Assembly (NCBI GenBank): GCA_958267355.1
Contig: OY279575.1
Location: 1,132,018 to 1,196,017 of the forward strand
Reading direction: 5' to 3'
DNA length: 64,000 bases
Source of the DNA: an uncultured Alphaproteobacteria bacterium
GTDB lineage: Bacteria; Pseudomonadota; Alphaproteobacteria; JALCBB01
In this document: piece by piece, positions 9,213 through 18,930 of the stretch
Position numbering within the stretch: the first letter of the stretch is position 1
Layout of the letters: each line of letters starts with the position of its first letter
Notes under the pieces: generated by a model
The model's database searches: none
Seen by the model: the letters and a program-made list of their open reading frames with translations, nothing else
Told to the model about the DNA's origin: nothing
Translations under genes and position numbers: made by a program

Positions 9213-9842
9213 ATGCAGAAGAAAAAGACATGCGTCTATTTTGACGGGCATAATTTTTTCAAGTACTACCTGAAAGGCCAACCCGCAGGATACAAGTGGC
9301 TTGATCTACAAGCCTTCATGGAAAACCTTATGGGGGATGAGTACGATATCCACAAAATACACTATTTTACAGCAGGTGTTCTTGACTTCCCCGACGCCAA
9401 GGATAGGCATGGAAATCAACAAACCTATCTTCGCGCACTCAGAACACTTGATACTGTGCATATCGTACTGGGAAAATTTCAAAAATCAAAAGCTCTTCTT
9501 CCACTAGTAAAAGAAAAATCCCAACGCGCTTATGTATACGCGATAAAAGAAAAACAAACAGATACGAATCTAATCACACAGATGTTTGAAGATGCGTGGG
9601 AGGAAAAATTTGATTCCGCTGTTCTGGTATCAGCGGACTCCGACTTTGTGGCTTGCGTTATCGCCTTAAGAAGACTTTCTGGCAAGGAGATAGGCGTTGC
9701 CTTGGCTCGTGGAGAGGGCAAAGATTTACGCAAAAATGCGTCTTTCATAAAAGATATTCACCCTGGGCTGATTTGTGGCTCGCAGTTTGCCCCAACCCTG
9801 CCTGGCAGAAGAAAGCCCATTCGCAAGCCCCTTGGGTGGTGA
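9213..9842 (+). CDS. NYN domain (LabA/DUF88, PIN-like fold) putative ribonuclease
   Basis: VYFDGHN, IHYFTA, EKQTD, VLVSADSDF acidic catalytic motifs intact; C-terminal KPxxW; no obvious Shine-Dalgarno. Confidence 0.85.
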   Translation: MQKKKTCVYFDGHNFFKYYLKGQPAGYKWLDLQAFMENLMGDEYDIHKIHYFTAGVLDFPDAKDRHGNQQTYLRALRTLDTVHIVLGKFQKSKALLPLVKEKSQRAYVYAIKEKQTDTNLITQMFEDAWEEKFDSAVLVSADSDFVACVIALRRLSGKEIGVALARGEGKDLRKNASFIKDIHPGLICGSQFAPTLPGRRKPIRKPLGW

Positions 9843-10008
9843 ATTGGGCGTTTTATTACCCGCTCCTTTTTTGTGGTATTCTAAAATCTCCTGTGGGGGC
9901 GAGTGGCGACCAAGTCGTAGCACCTGTCTCTATATCGACATAAATCTCTGCTAGACCTTTAGTCCAGTTGGGTTTTTGATTAAAAATATCCTGAAGGAGT
10001 GAAACACC

Positions 10009-10706
10009 ATGACTTTACTTAACAAACTCTTACCAAACGCAAAGGGGGGGGGGGGGCATCCCTACTTTTAGTAGTATTCGCTACTTTCCTTCTACTTTCT
10101 AGTAATCCAGCGAACGCTGAATTCAAACCTTACATCGGCGGCGATTTCGGTACCCTCAAAGTAGGCTGGGCAGATGGAGAAGATGGAGGCAACTTTGACC
10201 ACTTCTCCAAAGATCGTTTTCGTAGCCTAAACTTTCATGTTGGTGCGCGTTTCACGAATCGGTTCTCTGCGGAGCTCGGGTACACAACTCTGGGCGGAAA
10301 TAAGAAAACTGCATCTGAGACAGTGGCTGCAAACACAGTCGAAGAAACTTACACGGAGCTCAAAGCGAAGGGGTTTAATATAGATGGATTCTTTCACTTT
10401 CCTATCAGTGGTGGGAATATGGAAGCACTCGCTACTGCTGGTGTGTTTCGTTGGAACCTGACGGATAAGGGGCACGGTACAACCATAACGAGCGGCTCGA
10501 GAGGAGACCCAGAACCCTTTGACCTCAAGTATAAATATACGGGGCTACGTCTCGGTGGCGGATTGCAGTACAACATCAATGAAAAATTCTCCATTCGTGG
10601 CCTGTTGCGCTACTACCCTCTAAATGGCTTCGATAGAGAAGATGCAGATATAGAAGTTCTTGACAGTGCGTGGGATGCGACAATTGGTTTCAACTTCTCC
10701 TTCTAA
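10009..10706 (+). pseudogene. Outer-membrane beta-barrel protein, frameshifted at a G13 tract (phase-variable OFF state or homopolymer sequencing error)
   Basis: AAGGAG RBS + ATG 10009; G13 at 10044-10056 gives TAG at 10069; the other frame continues ASLLLVVFATFLLLSSNPANA-EFKPYIGG...RLGGGLQY...FNFSF. Confidence 0.8.
10044..10056 (+). repeat. Poly-G homopolymer (13 G)
   Basis: Directly visible, within signal-peptide coding region. Confidence 0.95.
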
Positions 10707-10736
10707 GCTCTGTTCTCTAGCCTTTTAGGCTTTTAT

Positions 10737-10772
10737 ACCCCCGCTTGGCTTTATGCTGGGCGGGGGTTTTTT
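10737..10772 (+). terminator. Intrinsic terminator
   Basis: ACCCCCGCTTGGC...GCTGGGCGGGGGT stem followed by T run. Confidence 0.7.
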
Positions 10773-10832
10773 CTTGTGGGTTCGGGGCTTCACCCCTTGC
10801 AAGGAGTGGGGGTAAGGTGCGACTCTCGCCCT

Positions 10833-12818
10833 ATGACGCGGGTGACTCCACTGCTTGATACGATTGCTCTGCCTGACGACTTGCGCGGGCTGGGGGAGGA
10901 ACAGCTGTTGCAGCTGGCTGACGAGCTACGGGCGGAAACAATTTCGGCGGTTTCTGAAACAGGCGGACATTTAGGTGCGGGTTTGGGTGTGATTGAGCTG
11001 ACGATTGCTCTGCACTATGTTTTTGACACGCCGCGGGATCTGCTGATTTGGGATGTGGGTCATCAATCGTATCCGCACAAGATTTTGACGGGACGGCGTG
11101 ACAAGATACGCACCTTGCGACAGAAAGATGGGCTTTCGGGTTTTACGCGTCGGGTGGAAAGCGAATACGACCCGTTTGGCACGGCGCATTCTTCTACTTC
11201 TTTGTCGGCGGGATTGGGTTTTGCCGCCGCTCGCAACCTGAAAGGTGGAGACGAACGAGTCGTCTGTGTCATCGGTGATGGGGCGATGAGTGCAGGAATG
11301 GCGTATGAGGCGATGAATAATGTTGCGATTGGTGACTCGCGGTTTATTGCAATTTTGAATGATAATGATATGTCTATTGCGCGTCCTGTTGGAGCGATGA
11401 GTGGTTATTTGTCGCGGCTTTTGTCTTCGCGTTCGTATCAGGCGGCGCATAATGTGAGTCATCGTATTGCGCGGAAGATTCCGCGTCCGCTGGCTCGGGC
11501 GGCTGTGCGGGCGGAAGAATACGCTCGCGGAATGCTCACGGGTGGCACGTTGTTTGAAGAGCTGGGCTTTTTCTATATTGGCCCTGTTGATGGACATTCC
11601 TTGCCGCAGTTGTTGCCTGTTCTGCGTAATGTGCGAGCGGCGGGAGATAAACCCGGCGGCAGACCGATTTTGCTCCATGTGGTGACCAAGAAGGGCAAGG
11701 GCTATCCGCCTGCTGAAGCCGCTGAAGACAAGTTCCACGGAGTCTCGGCAGGGTTTGACACGCCCGCCACAAAAGCAGATGAGAAGACGAGCGAGAAGAC
11801 AAGCAAGACAGCAAGCGAAAGCAAGACACAAACACAAGACTCGCCACAAGACAAAACCCAAGCCGCCAAGCCGATTGCTTGGACTCGGGCTTTTTCTGAT
11901 GCACTGATTAACGCCGCTAACAGCGATGACACTATTGTTGCGGTGACTGCGGCTATGCCTTCGGGTACGGGATTAGACAAATTTGCTCAAGCGCATCCGC
12001 GGCGGTGTTTTGATGTGGGGATAGCCGAGCAGCATGCGGTTACCTTTTGTGCGGGAATGGCGGCGGCGGGTTTGCGTCCGTTTGCGGCGATTTACTCTAC
12101 TTTTTTGCAACGTGCGTATGACCAAGTGGTGCATGATGTAGCTTTGCAAAGCTTGCCTGTGCGTTTTGTGTTAGACAGGGCGGGCTTAGTCGGAGCCGAT
12201 GGCCCCACCCACCACGGAGCTTTTGACATAGCCTATCTTTGCTGTTTGCCGAACTTTGTGGTTATGGCTCCTAGTGATGGAGACGAGTTAGTGCATATGT
12301 TAGAGACGCAGATTTTGCTTGATGCTTGTCCTTCGGCGATGCGTTTTCCGCGTGGAGCTTTGCCACACCCCGCACGCGCAACGACACCTACCCCCCTGCC
12401 GCCCCTGCCCCTTGGCAAGGGACGCATTCTACAAGAAGGCACTGACCTAGCGATTTTGTCCTTCGGAGCCTTGCTAGGCGAAGCCCAAGAAGCCACCCAG
12501 CAGCTTGCCGCGCAGGGACTATCTACCACTCTAGCCGATGCGCGGTTTGCCAAGCCCCTAGACACTGACCTAGTGCGTCAGCTTGCTCGCCATCACAAGC
12601 GGCTTGCTGTTTTAGAAGAAGGCGCGAGTGGTGGTTTTGCGACGCAAGTTTTTTCGTGTCTTGCTGGTGAAGGTGATGGTTTGGCGGGTAGGATTATTCC
12701 GCTTACCTTGCCTGATGTTTTCCTTGACCATGCTGAACGCAAAGAGCAGTTGAGCGAAGCCCAGCTCACCGCCACGCAAATTTCCACCCGCCTAGCCACA
12801 GCCCTAACCAACACCTAA
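10833..12818 (+). CDS. dxs: 1-deoxy-D-xylulose-5-phosphate synthase
   Basis: [46 protein letters not shown]; start taken at ATG 10833. Confidence 0.96.
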   Translation: MTRVTPLLDTIALPDDLRGLGEEQLLQLADELRAETISAVSETGGHLGAGLGVIELTIALHYVFDTPRDLLIWDVGHQSYPHKILTGRRDKIRTLRQKDGLSGFTRRVESEYDPFGTAHSSTSLSAGLGFAAARNLKGGDERVVCVIGDGAMSAGMAYEAMNNVAIGDSRFIAILNDNDMSIARPVGAMSGYLSRLLSSRSYQAAHNVSHRIARKIPRPLARAAVRAEEYARGMLTGGTLFEELGFFYIGPVDGHSLPQLLPVLRNVRAAGDKPGGRPILLHVVTKKGKGYPPAEAAEDKFHGVSAGFDTPATKADEKTSEKTSKTASESKTQTQDSPQDKTQAAKPIAWTRAFSDALINAANSDDTIVAVTAAMPSGTGLDKFAQAHPRRCFDVGIAEQHAVTFCAGMAAAGLRPFAAIYSTFLQRAYDQVVHDVALQSLPVRFVLDRAGLVGADGPTHHGAFDIAYLCCLPNFVVMAPSDGDELVHMLETQILLDACPSAMRFPRGALPHPARATTPTPLPPLPLGKGRILQEGTDLAILSFGALLGEAQEATQQLAAQGLSTTLADARFAKPLDTDLVRQLARHHKRLAVLEEGASGGFATQVFSCLAGEGDGLAGRIIPLTLPDVFLDHAERKEQLSEAQLTATQISTRLATALTNT

Positions 12819-12830
12819 AGGAATAGCCCT

Positions 12831-13919
12831 ATGGATATCGTAATTCTATTTCTGCTGATTTTGATTCTGCTAGGAGTCGCTGTCATTGCCTTCCGTGCCT
12901 TTACGGGTCAGCACCAAGGCGGAGTTGTAGAACTTGACCTTGATTCCGTTGCCAGCGAAGTAGATAAGCAATTCCGTCTCAACCGCAAGGAAGCCACTGA
13001 CCAAGCAAACGCTTTACAGAAAACGGTTAGTGAGTCGATTGCCAATTTGGGCAAAACACAGGGGGAGACTCTAGCCACACAATTCAGCAAATCGTTCGGT
13101 CAGGTGAGCGAGCGATTAGAAAGCGTTCATCAAGGCTTGGGCGAGATGAGCAAACTTGCAACGGGTGTAGATGACTTAAACAGCGTTTTGAAAAATGTTC
13201 AGCAACGCGGAGCTTTTGGCGAAGTCTTGTTGCAATCCCTTCTGCAGGAAACCTTAACCGCAGGGCAGTGGCAGGAACAAGCGGCAGTGACTGAACTTGG
13301 GCGTGAACGGGCTGACTTTGTGATTGAAGTGCCGACTGCAGATGGCTCGTCTGTGCTTTTGCCGATAGATGTGAAATTTCCGCGTGAGAATTACGACAGG
13401 CTTATAGAGGCAAGCAAAAACGCCGATGCCGATGGCGTAGAAGCCGCAAGCCGTGCGTTAGAGAAGACAATTGAAGGCGAGGCAAAAGGGATTGGCGAGA
13501 AATATGTGCATCCGCCACGGACGACTCCTTTTGCGATGCTGTTTTTGCCGACCGAAGGACTCTTCGCTGAAGTTGCGCGGAATCCTGATTTTTTACAGCG
13601 TCTGCGGCGGGAATACCGCGTTGTCGTCACGGGTCCAACTTCTATTCTGGCGATCTTGAGTGCTTTGCGTATGGTTGTAGATGCCGCCAAGTTTCAGGCA
13701 CACGCGACAGAAATTCAAACCATTCTGGCGGGCGTGGCGAAAGAATTTTCCACCTTTGACGAAGCCTTACAGGCGACACGCAAAAGCATTACGGCGGCGG
13801 ATAAGCATATGGAGAAAATGGAAACCCGCACCCGTAAGATGGGGCGGGCTTTAGAGAAAGTGCAAACGATGGAAGGGGCGGCAAGTCCGCAACTGGAGAC
13901 AAGCGGTGGTGAAGATTAA
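12831..13919 (+). CDS. rmuC: DNA recombination protein RmuC
   Basis: N-terminal TM helix, RGAFGEVLL, LPIDVKFP, FLPTEGLF. Confidence 0.9.
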   Translation: MDIVILFLLILILLGVAVIAFRAFTGQHQGGVVELDLDSVASEVDKQFRLNRKEATDQANALQKTVSESIANLGKTQGETLATQFSKSFGQVSERLESVHQGLGEMSKLATGVDDLNSVLKNVQQRGAFGEVLLQSLLQETLTAGQWQEQAAVTELGRERADFVIEVPTADGSSVLLPIDVKFPRENYDRLIEASKNADADGVEAASRALEKTIEGEAKGIGEKYVHPPRTTPFAMLFLPTEGLFAEVARNPDFLQRLRREYRVVVTGPTSILAILSALRMVVDAAKFQAHATEIQTILAGVAKEFSTFDEALQATRKSITAADKHMEKMETRTRKMGRALEKVQTMEGAASPQLETSGGED

Positions 13920-14857
13920 GCAGCCGTGTTTTCTTCTAGCCAGGCAAGGGCGGAGTTGTGGAATTCGGTTTGTGTTGGGGCAAGCTTAAGCAGTCCTAGA
14001 TTTTGGCGGGCGTGGGCAAGGCGTTCGGAGAAAAGCTCTTTTGTGCGGGCGCGACCAAACAGCACGGCAAAATTTCTTGGCGGCTTGTCTTGGCACTCGG
14101 TTTCAAAATCGCACAGATCATCTAACAGCTGAAAGCAGAGTCCGAAGTTTCTGCCGAATTCAATTAGCAAGGCACGGGTGGGGGAGTCGGCTCCTGTGCT
14201 TACAGCCCCTAACTCACAAGCCGCCATAAAAAGTGCGCAGGTTTTGCCTTGGGCAATGGCAAGCCACGCGGCTTCGTTTTTCGGCGGAGTCTGCATCTCG
14301 TGGGCTTGTCCTGCAATCATTGCCGTGGTCGCGCTAGACAAGATTTGCGCCAACTCTTGCACCAACTCTTGCGCCAACTCTGCGCCATTGCCCTGCCCTG
14401 TTTTCTTTTGTTGCGTCTGCAGGTGTGCCAATCCTTGAGCCAAAAGCCAATCGCCTGCCAGCAAAGCCGTGGCTTCGCCAAAGCGTTTGTGTAGGCTTGG
14501 CAGTCCGCGTCTTGTGTCTGCGTTGTCCAGTGCGGGAAGATCATCATGGACAAGCGAAAAGCAGTGAATGGCTTCTAAGGCTACGGCAGCTTGGTGGGCT
14601 TGCGGGGTTTTGGCTCCACAGAGTTGTGCTGTCTCTAAGACTAGGCTCGGACGCAAACGTTTACCGCCCGCCAGCAGTGCGGCTTCTGCGGCTTCAAACA
14701 ACTCGGGCGGATTTGTCTCGCTCTGTCGCCAATCTGCTATTGCCGCTCGCAGTAGTTCTTCTACTTGCGCGGCTCTTGTCGCCAAACGGGTTTCAAATTC
14801 CACGGAATCAACGGCGGGCAAGCAGGTTACTTTTTGCGGGCTAATTCTTACGGACAA
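13916..14857 (-). CDS. ispA: Polyprenyl (farnesyl) diphosphate synthase
   Basis: GGKRLRP, SLVHDDLPALD, RRG, FQLLDD; follows xseB. Confidence 0.9.
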   Translation of the reverse strand: MSVRISPQKVTCLPAVDSVEFETRLATRAAQVEELLRAAIADWRQSETNPPELFEAAEAALLAGGKRLRPSLVLETAQLCGAKTPQAHQAAVALEAIHCFSLVHDDLPALDNADTRRGLPSLHKRFGEATALLAGDWLLAQGLAHLQTQQKKTGQGNGAELAQELVQELAQILSSATTAMIAGQAHEMQTPPKNEAAWLAIAQGKTCALFMAACELGAVSTGADSPTRALLIEFGRNFGLCFQLLDDLCDFETECQDKPPRNFAVLFGRARTKELFSERLAHARQNLGLLKLAPTQTEFHNSALAWLEENTAA

Positions 14858-14896
14858 ATTCTTACAGACGAATTCTTACAGACGAATTCTTGCAGA

Positions 14897-15160
14897 CTAC
14901 TTCTTACCGCGTGAATAGGCGGAGCTACCCGTAATCTTACCACCTTCGGTGGCGAGTTTTTCTACTTTCATCTCGGCTTCGCGCAGACGCTCTTCGCAGA
15001 GACGCTGGAGCTTGATTCCTTTCTCGTAGAGCTTGACCGACTCTTCTAGTCCTAAGTCGCCTTGCTCTAGCTTTTCCACAAGCGCGTTGAGGGATTCCAT
15101 CGCCTGCTCAAAGGAAAGCTTAGAGACATCGCCTTGGTCTTTGTCTTTCGCCGTAGCCAT
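14897..15160 (-). CDS. xseB: Exodeoxyribonuclease VII small subunit
   Basis: SFEQAM..L..LV.KLE.G...LEES..LYEKG. Confidence 0.93.
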   Translation of the reverse strand: MATAKDKDQGDVSKLSFEQAMESLNALVEKLEQGDLGLEESVKLYEKGIKLQRLCEERLREAEMKVEKLATEGGKITGSSAYSRGKK

Positions 15161-15384
15161 AGGCACGATGCTAGTCGTGTTTTGCACTTAATTCAACGCG
15201 CTTTTCAACAAACTTTCCCCCTGTCGCTCTGGGGTGCATTCTATGGTGGGCTATAGGGTTATCCCTGTGGTATTCCCTGTGGTATTCCCTTTGGTATTTC
15301 TGTGGTTTATCCCTGCCCCGCACAACAGGACTTTACACAGGCTTTGGCTTCATACTTACCCGCCTACAAACGAGGAGAAATCGC

Positions 15385-16503
15385 GTGTCATCGTTAGCCC
15401 CTGTACATCTGCGAGAAGTTCCGCCGCCAGACTCGCAAGACCTGCCAGCGGAAGGAGCTATTCTACCTGCGCAGAAGATCCGCGATATGGTAGCCCGTGG
15501 AGAAATTTTAAACACAGGGGCAGGTGTAGCGGCTCTGACTAGTGATCCGACTTTGAGTGGCAGGCTTCAGCCTGCGGGTTTGGATTTACGGCTTGGCACG
15601 CGGGCGTGGCGGGTGCGGGCGAGTTTTTTGCCTTCGCGGCGCAGTGGTGTGCGCGACATGATGGAAGATTTTGTCAGCCACGAAATTTCGCTGACCAAGG
15701 GTGCAGTTTTGGAGACAGGCGGAGTCTATATCGCTGAGATTCAGGAATCCCTTGCCTTACCGCATAGCGTAGGGGCGCGGGCGAGTGCTAAGTCTTCTAT
15801 TGGCAGACTTAACTTATTTACGCGGCTGATTTCAGAACACGGACCTGCTTTTGACGAAGTTGAAGCGGGCTATCACGGAGCTTTGTATGTGGAAATTGCT
15901 CCGAATGCTTTTCCTGTTTTTGTGCAGAGTGGTTTGTCGCTTAATCAGCTGCGTTTGTTGGCGCACAAGCCCCAGCCACACCAAGAAACCGAAATCCATG
16001 TTGACCTGTCAGGACACGCCAGCAACGGCGTGGCGGGCTATCGGGCGCAACGCTATACCGATGTTATTGACTTGACCCGTACGGGTGCGGCGAATCCGCG
16101 TGGCTTTTGGGATACGCTACCCGCTCGCTCCGATGGTAGGCTCGTGCTTGACCCGAATGCGTTTTATATTTTGGTTTCTGCACCTGAAGTTTGTGTTGAG
16201 CCACAACAGGCAGGAGAGTTATTTCCGTATGAAGCAGGAATGGGCGAATTCCGCGTGCATTACGCGGGCTTTTTTGACCCGGGGTTTGGCTATGATGCAG
16301 ACAATCCTGAAATAAAGGCGCGGGCGGTATTAGAAGTGCGCTCACACGAAGTGCCTTTCGTACTAGAACACGGACAAGCCGTTGGGCGGCTTATGTCTTA
16401 TCCGCTATCCGAGCCATCTGAACAGGGCTACGATAGGCGGGCAGGCCCATCGTACCGCGACCAAGGATTAACCCTGTCACGCTATTTTGCCCCTTGGGAT
16501 TAA
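15385..16503 (+). CDS. dcd: 2'-deoxycytidine 5'-triphosphate deaminase (long alphaproteobacterial type)
   Basis: QPAGLDLRLG, KSSIGRL, GEFRVHYAGFFDPGFG, AVLEVRSHEVPF. Confidence 0.88.
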   Translation: MSSLAPVHLREVPPPDSQDLPAEGAILPAQKIRDMVARGEILNTGAGVAALTSDPTLSGRLQPAGLDLRLGTRAWRVRASFLPSRRSGVRDMMEDFVSHEISLTKGAVLETGGVYIAEIQESLALPHSVGARASAKSSIGRLNLFTRLISEHGPAFDEVEAGYHGALYVEIAPNAFPVFVQSGLSLNQLRLLAHKPQPHQETEIHVDLSGHASNGVAGYRAQRYTDVIDLTRTGAANPRGFWDTLPARSDGRLVLDPNAFYILVSAPEVCVEPQQAGELFPYEAGMGEFRVHYAGFFDPGFGYDADNPEIKARAVLEVRSHEVPFVLEHGQAVGRLMSYPLSEPSEQGYDRRAGPSYRDQGLTLSRYFAPWD

Positions 16504-16552
16504 GCCTTCTGAATCTGCACCCCTTCGCACCGTGCCTTCTGTATCTTGATAT

Positions 16553-17656
16553 ATGTCTGAGACAACAAGCCCGCCAGCCAGTCTTCCGCACGGGCAAAAG
16601 CGGATTGCGGGATTAGACCTTGCCCGCTACTTGGCGTTTTTGGGAGTGGTCTGGGTGAACTACACGGTTCTGCACTTCCACGAAACGGGCAAGACAGGAA
16701 TTGAAACTTTATTTCAGGGCAATGCGGCAGCTCTGTTTGTCACGGTTGCAGGAGTCGGCATTTCTTTGCTGTCGCGCCAAGCCCGAGCCACAAGGGACAC
16801 GCAAGTTGTGAAGAAAGCGCAAAGTGTTTTGCGCAAACGGGCTTTGTTTTTAGCCGTGCTGGGAATGATTTTAGTTGCGCTCGGATGGCAAGCCGATATT
16901 CTGCACTATTACGCGGCGTGGCTGTTTATGGCGACTTTTCTTCTGCTGGCTTCTAACCGTAGCTTATGGATTGCGATGGCGGTTTGTGTTGTGGTTTTTT
17001 ATCTTTCGCTTCCTTGGTATGAACGCGGCTGGGATTGGGAGACTTTAAACTATACCGATATGTGGACTGCAACGGGTTTTTTACATAATTTGTTTTTTAA
17101 TGGCTGGCACCCAATTTTTCCGTGGTTTGTTTTTATCCTTGTTGGCATGCTGGTTGGGCGCGCGGATTTATCTAACTTGAAGACCCGCCGCCGTATCGGC
17201 TGGATTGCTCTGGTAGTCTTTGTGGTTTTTGAAATTTTGTCTATTGGCGCACTACAAATTGCCAAGCACTACGGAGCCGATATTTCCTACGGAGGCGAAG
17301 CCGCAGCCCTGCTTGGCACGGCATCTATTCCGCCTTCCATCTTTTACCTGACAACAGGTGCAGGAGCGGCAATTGTTTTCTTGGTTATCTGCTTTGACTT
17401 CGCCGAAAGGTTTGGCACAACGCGGCTTGTCCGTTGGTGTGCGATTACAGGAAGACATCTGCTCACCCACTACACTCTGCACGCTCTTATCTTCTTGGCG
17501 TTGTATATGATGAACGGACAAAAAATGCCTGCCTATCCTTATTTACTGACTGCCGCTTTTACAAACTTTATCGGCGCAATGATTTTTTCAGTACTGTGGA
17601 ATCAACGTTTCAATCAAGGCCCATTAGAAATGGTTATGCGCCGCTTTTCGGGCTAG
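16553..17656 (+). CDS. DUF418-family multi-pass membrane protein
   Basis: RIAGLDLAR start, DILHYY, C-terminal GPLE..MR; many TM helices. Confidence 0.75.
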   Translation: MSETTSPPASLPHGQKRIAGLDLARYLAFLGVVWVNYTVLHFHETGKTGIETLFQGNAAALFVTVAGVGISLLSRQARATRDTQVVKKAQSVLRKRALFLAVLGMILVALGWQADILHYYAAWLFMATFLLLASNRSLWIAMAVCVVVFYLSLPWYERGWDWETLNYTDMWTATGFLHNLFFNGWHPIFPWFVFILVGMLVGRADLSNLKTRRRIGWIALVVFVVFEILSIGALQIAKHYGADISYGGEAAALLGTASIPPSIFYLTTGAGAAIVFLVICFDFAERFGTTRLVRWCAITGRHLLTHYTLHALIFLALYMMNGQKMPAYPYLLTAAFTNFIGAMIFSVLWNQRFNQGPLEMVMRRFSG

Positions 17657-17722
17657 CTTTTGCTCTTGCTTTTTGTCGCTCTTGCCTTCTATCGCTCTTG
17701 GGTTTGGTTTGTGTGGCAGTGT

Positions 17723-17956
17723 TTATTCTGTGAGGCGAAGGGTTAAACGCCGTGCTGTGCCTGTGCTGGCTTCGTCAGAAACCAACTGCCAGCCCGTGAT
17801 TTCACAAAAGGAAGCAAAGTCAGCAGGGGCTTTTGGATCATCCACCAAAAACACTGCTGTCGCGGGCGGAGTTATAGCTCGCAACAAACGGCGGGCATGG
17901 AGAACAGGAAGCGGGCATTTCAGCCCTGTTAAGTCGTGTTCTGCTGGTTTGCTCAC
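17723..17956 (-). CDS. tusA: TusA-family sulfurtransferase
   Basis: DLTGLKCPLP and DDP...DF..FC motifs. Confidence 0.85.
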   Translation of the reverse strand: MSKPAEHDLTGLKCPLPVLHARRLLRAITPPATAVFLVDDPKAPADFASFCEITGWQLVSDEASTGTARRLTLRLTE

Positions 17957-18031
17957 GGCTTCTGTTGTGCCTGTATCTCGCCGCTACCTAGCCCGTTATC
18001 TCGCCCGTTATCTAGCCCGTCTTCTGCGGAC

Positions 18032-18826
18032 TCACGAGCGGCGATTTTGCTCGGCAAGACGACTCTTCAAGCCCGCGATTGCCTTGGCGGGATTCAATCC
18101 CTTCGGACAAGTCCGCGTGCAGTTCATAATCGTATGGCAACGATAGAGTTTAAAGTCATCGTCTAAAGCGGCTAGGCGGGCTTCTGTGTCGTCATCGCGC
18201 GAGTCTTCTACCCAGCGGGCGGTCTGCAACAGAGTTGCGGGGCCAAGGTATTTATCGTCATTCCACCAATAACTCGGACAAGATGTAGAACAAGAAAAAC
18301 ACAAGATGCACTCCCACAGCCCGTCTAGCTTCTCGCGTTCTTCGGGCGACTGCAACCGCTCGCGTTCGCCCGCAGGCTTTTCACTGCGAAGCCACGGACG
18401 CACTTCGTTATATTGCTTATACGCATTCTGCAAATCAGGCACTAAATCTTTAACCACCCGCATATGCGGTAGCGGCAGTACGCGAATTTCTCCTTTGAGT
18501 TCAGACAGGGCTTGGGTGCAAGCCAGCTTGTTCGTGCCGTTGATATTCATCGCACAGGAACCACAGACTCCTTCGCGACACGAACGGCGAAAGGTCAGCG
18601 ATGGATCCATTGTGTTCTTGATATGAATCAGTGCGTCTAGCACCATCGTGCCGATTTTAGATAAATCCACCGTGAATTTGTCCAGTCGTGGTCTTGCCGC
18701 CGTAGCCCCATCTTCAGGCGGACTCCACCGATAGACTGTAAGCGTGCGCGTGTTGCTTCCGCTTTCAGCAGCCCATTCTTTGCCCTTTTCAGGACGACTC
18801 ATCGGAGGTAAGCGAAATTCAGCCAT
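18032..18826 (-). CDS. sdhB: Succinate dehydrogenase iron-sulfur subunit
   Basis: [37 protein letters not shown]. Confidence 0.97.
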   Translation of the reverse strand: MAEFRLPPMSRPEKGKEWAAESGSNTRTLTVYRWSPPEDGATAARPRLDKFTVDLSKIGTMVLDALIHIKNTMDPSLTFRRSCREGVCGSCAMNINGTNKLACTQALSELKGEIRVLPLPHMRVVKDLVPDLQNAYKQYNEVRPWLRSEKPAGERERLQSPEEREKLDGLWECILCFSCSTSCPSYWWNDDKYLGPATLLQTARWVEDSRDDDTEARLAALDDDFKLYRCHTIMNCTRTCPKGLNPAKAIAGLKSRLAEQNRRS

Positions 18827-18930
18827 AGAAATACTCAAGTTAGCAGTTGCTGGTTCAGGGTTTGCGGTTATTCCGTTAGCAGTCGTAGTTGTGGCTCGGT
18901 TAAGGCTCGGTTAACTCGGCTAAGGCTAGG

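Noticed and set aside
10323-10706. Stand-alone 127-aa gene
   Set aside because: It is the 3' part of the frameshifted OMP starting at 10009
10971-11861. Long antisense ORFs (also 47225-47983, 59633-60382, 60685-61383)
   Set aside because: Shadow ORFs opposite well-supported genes with no recognisable motifs
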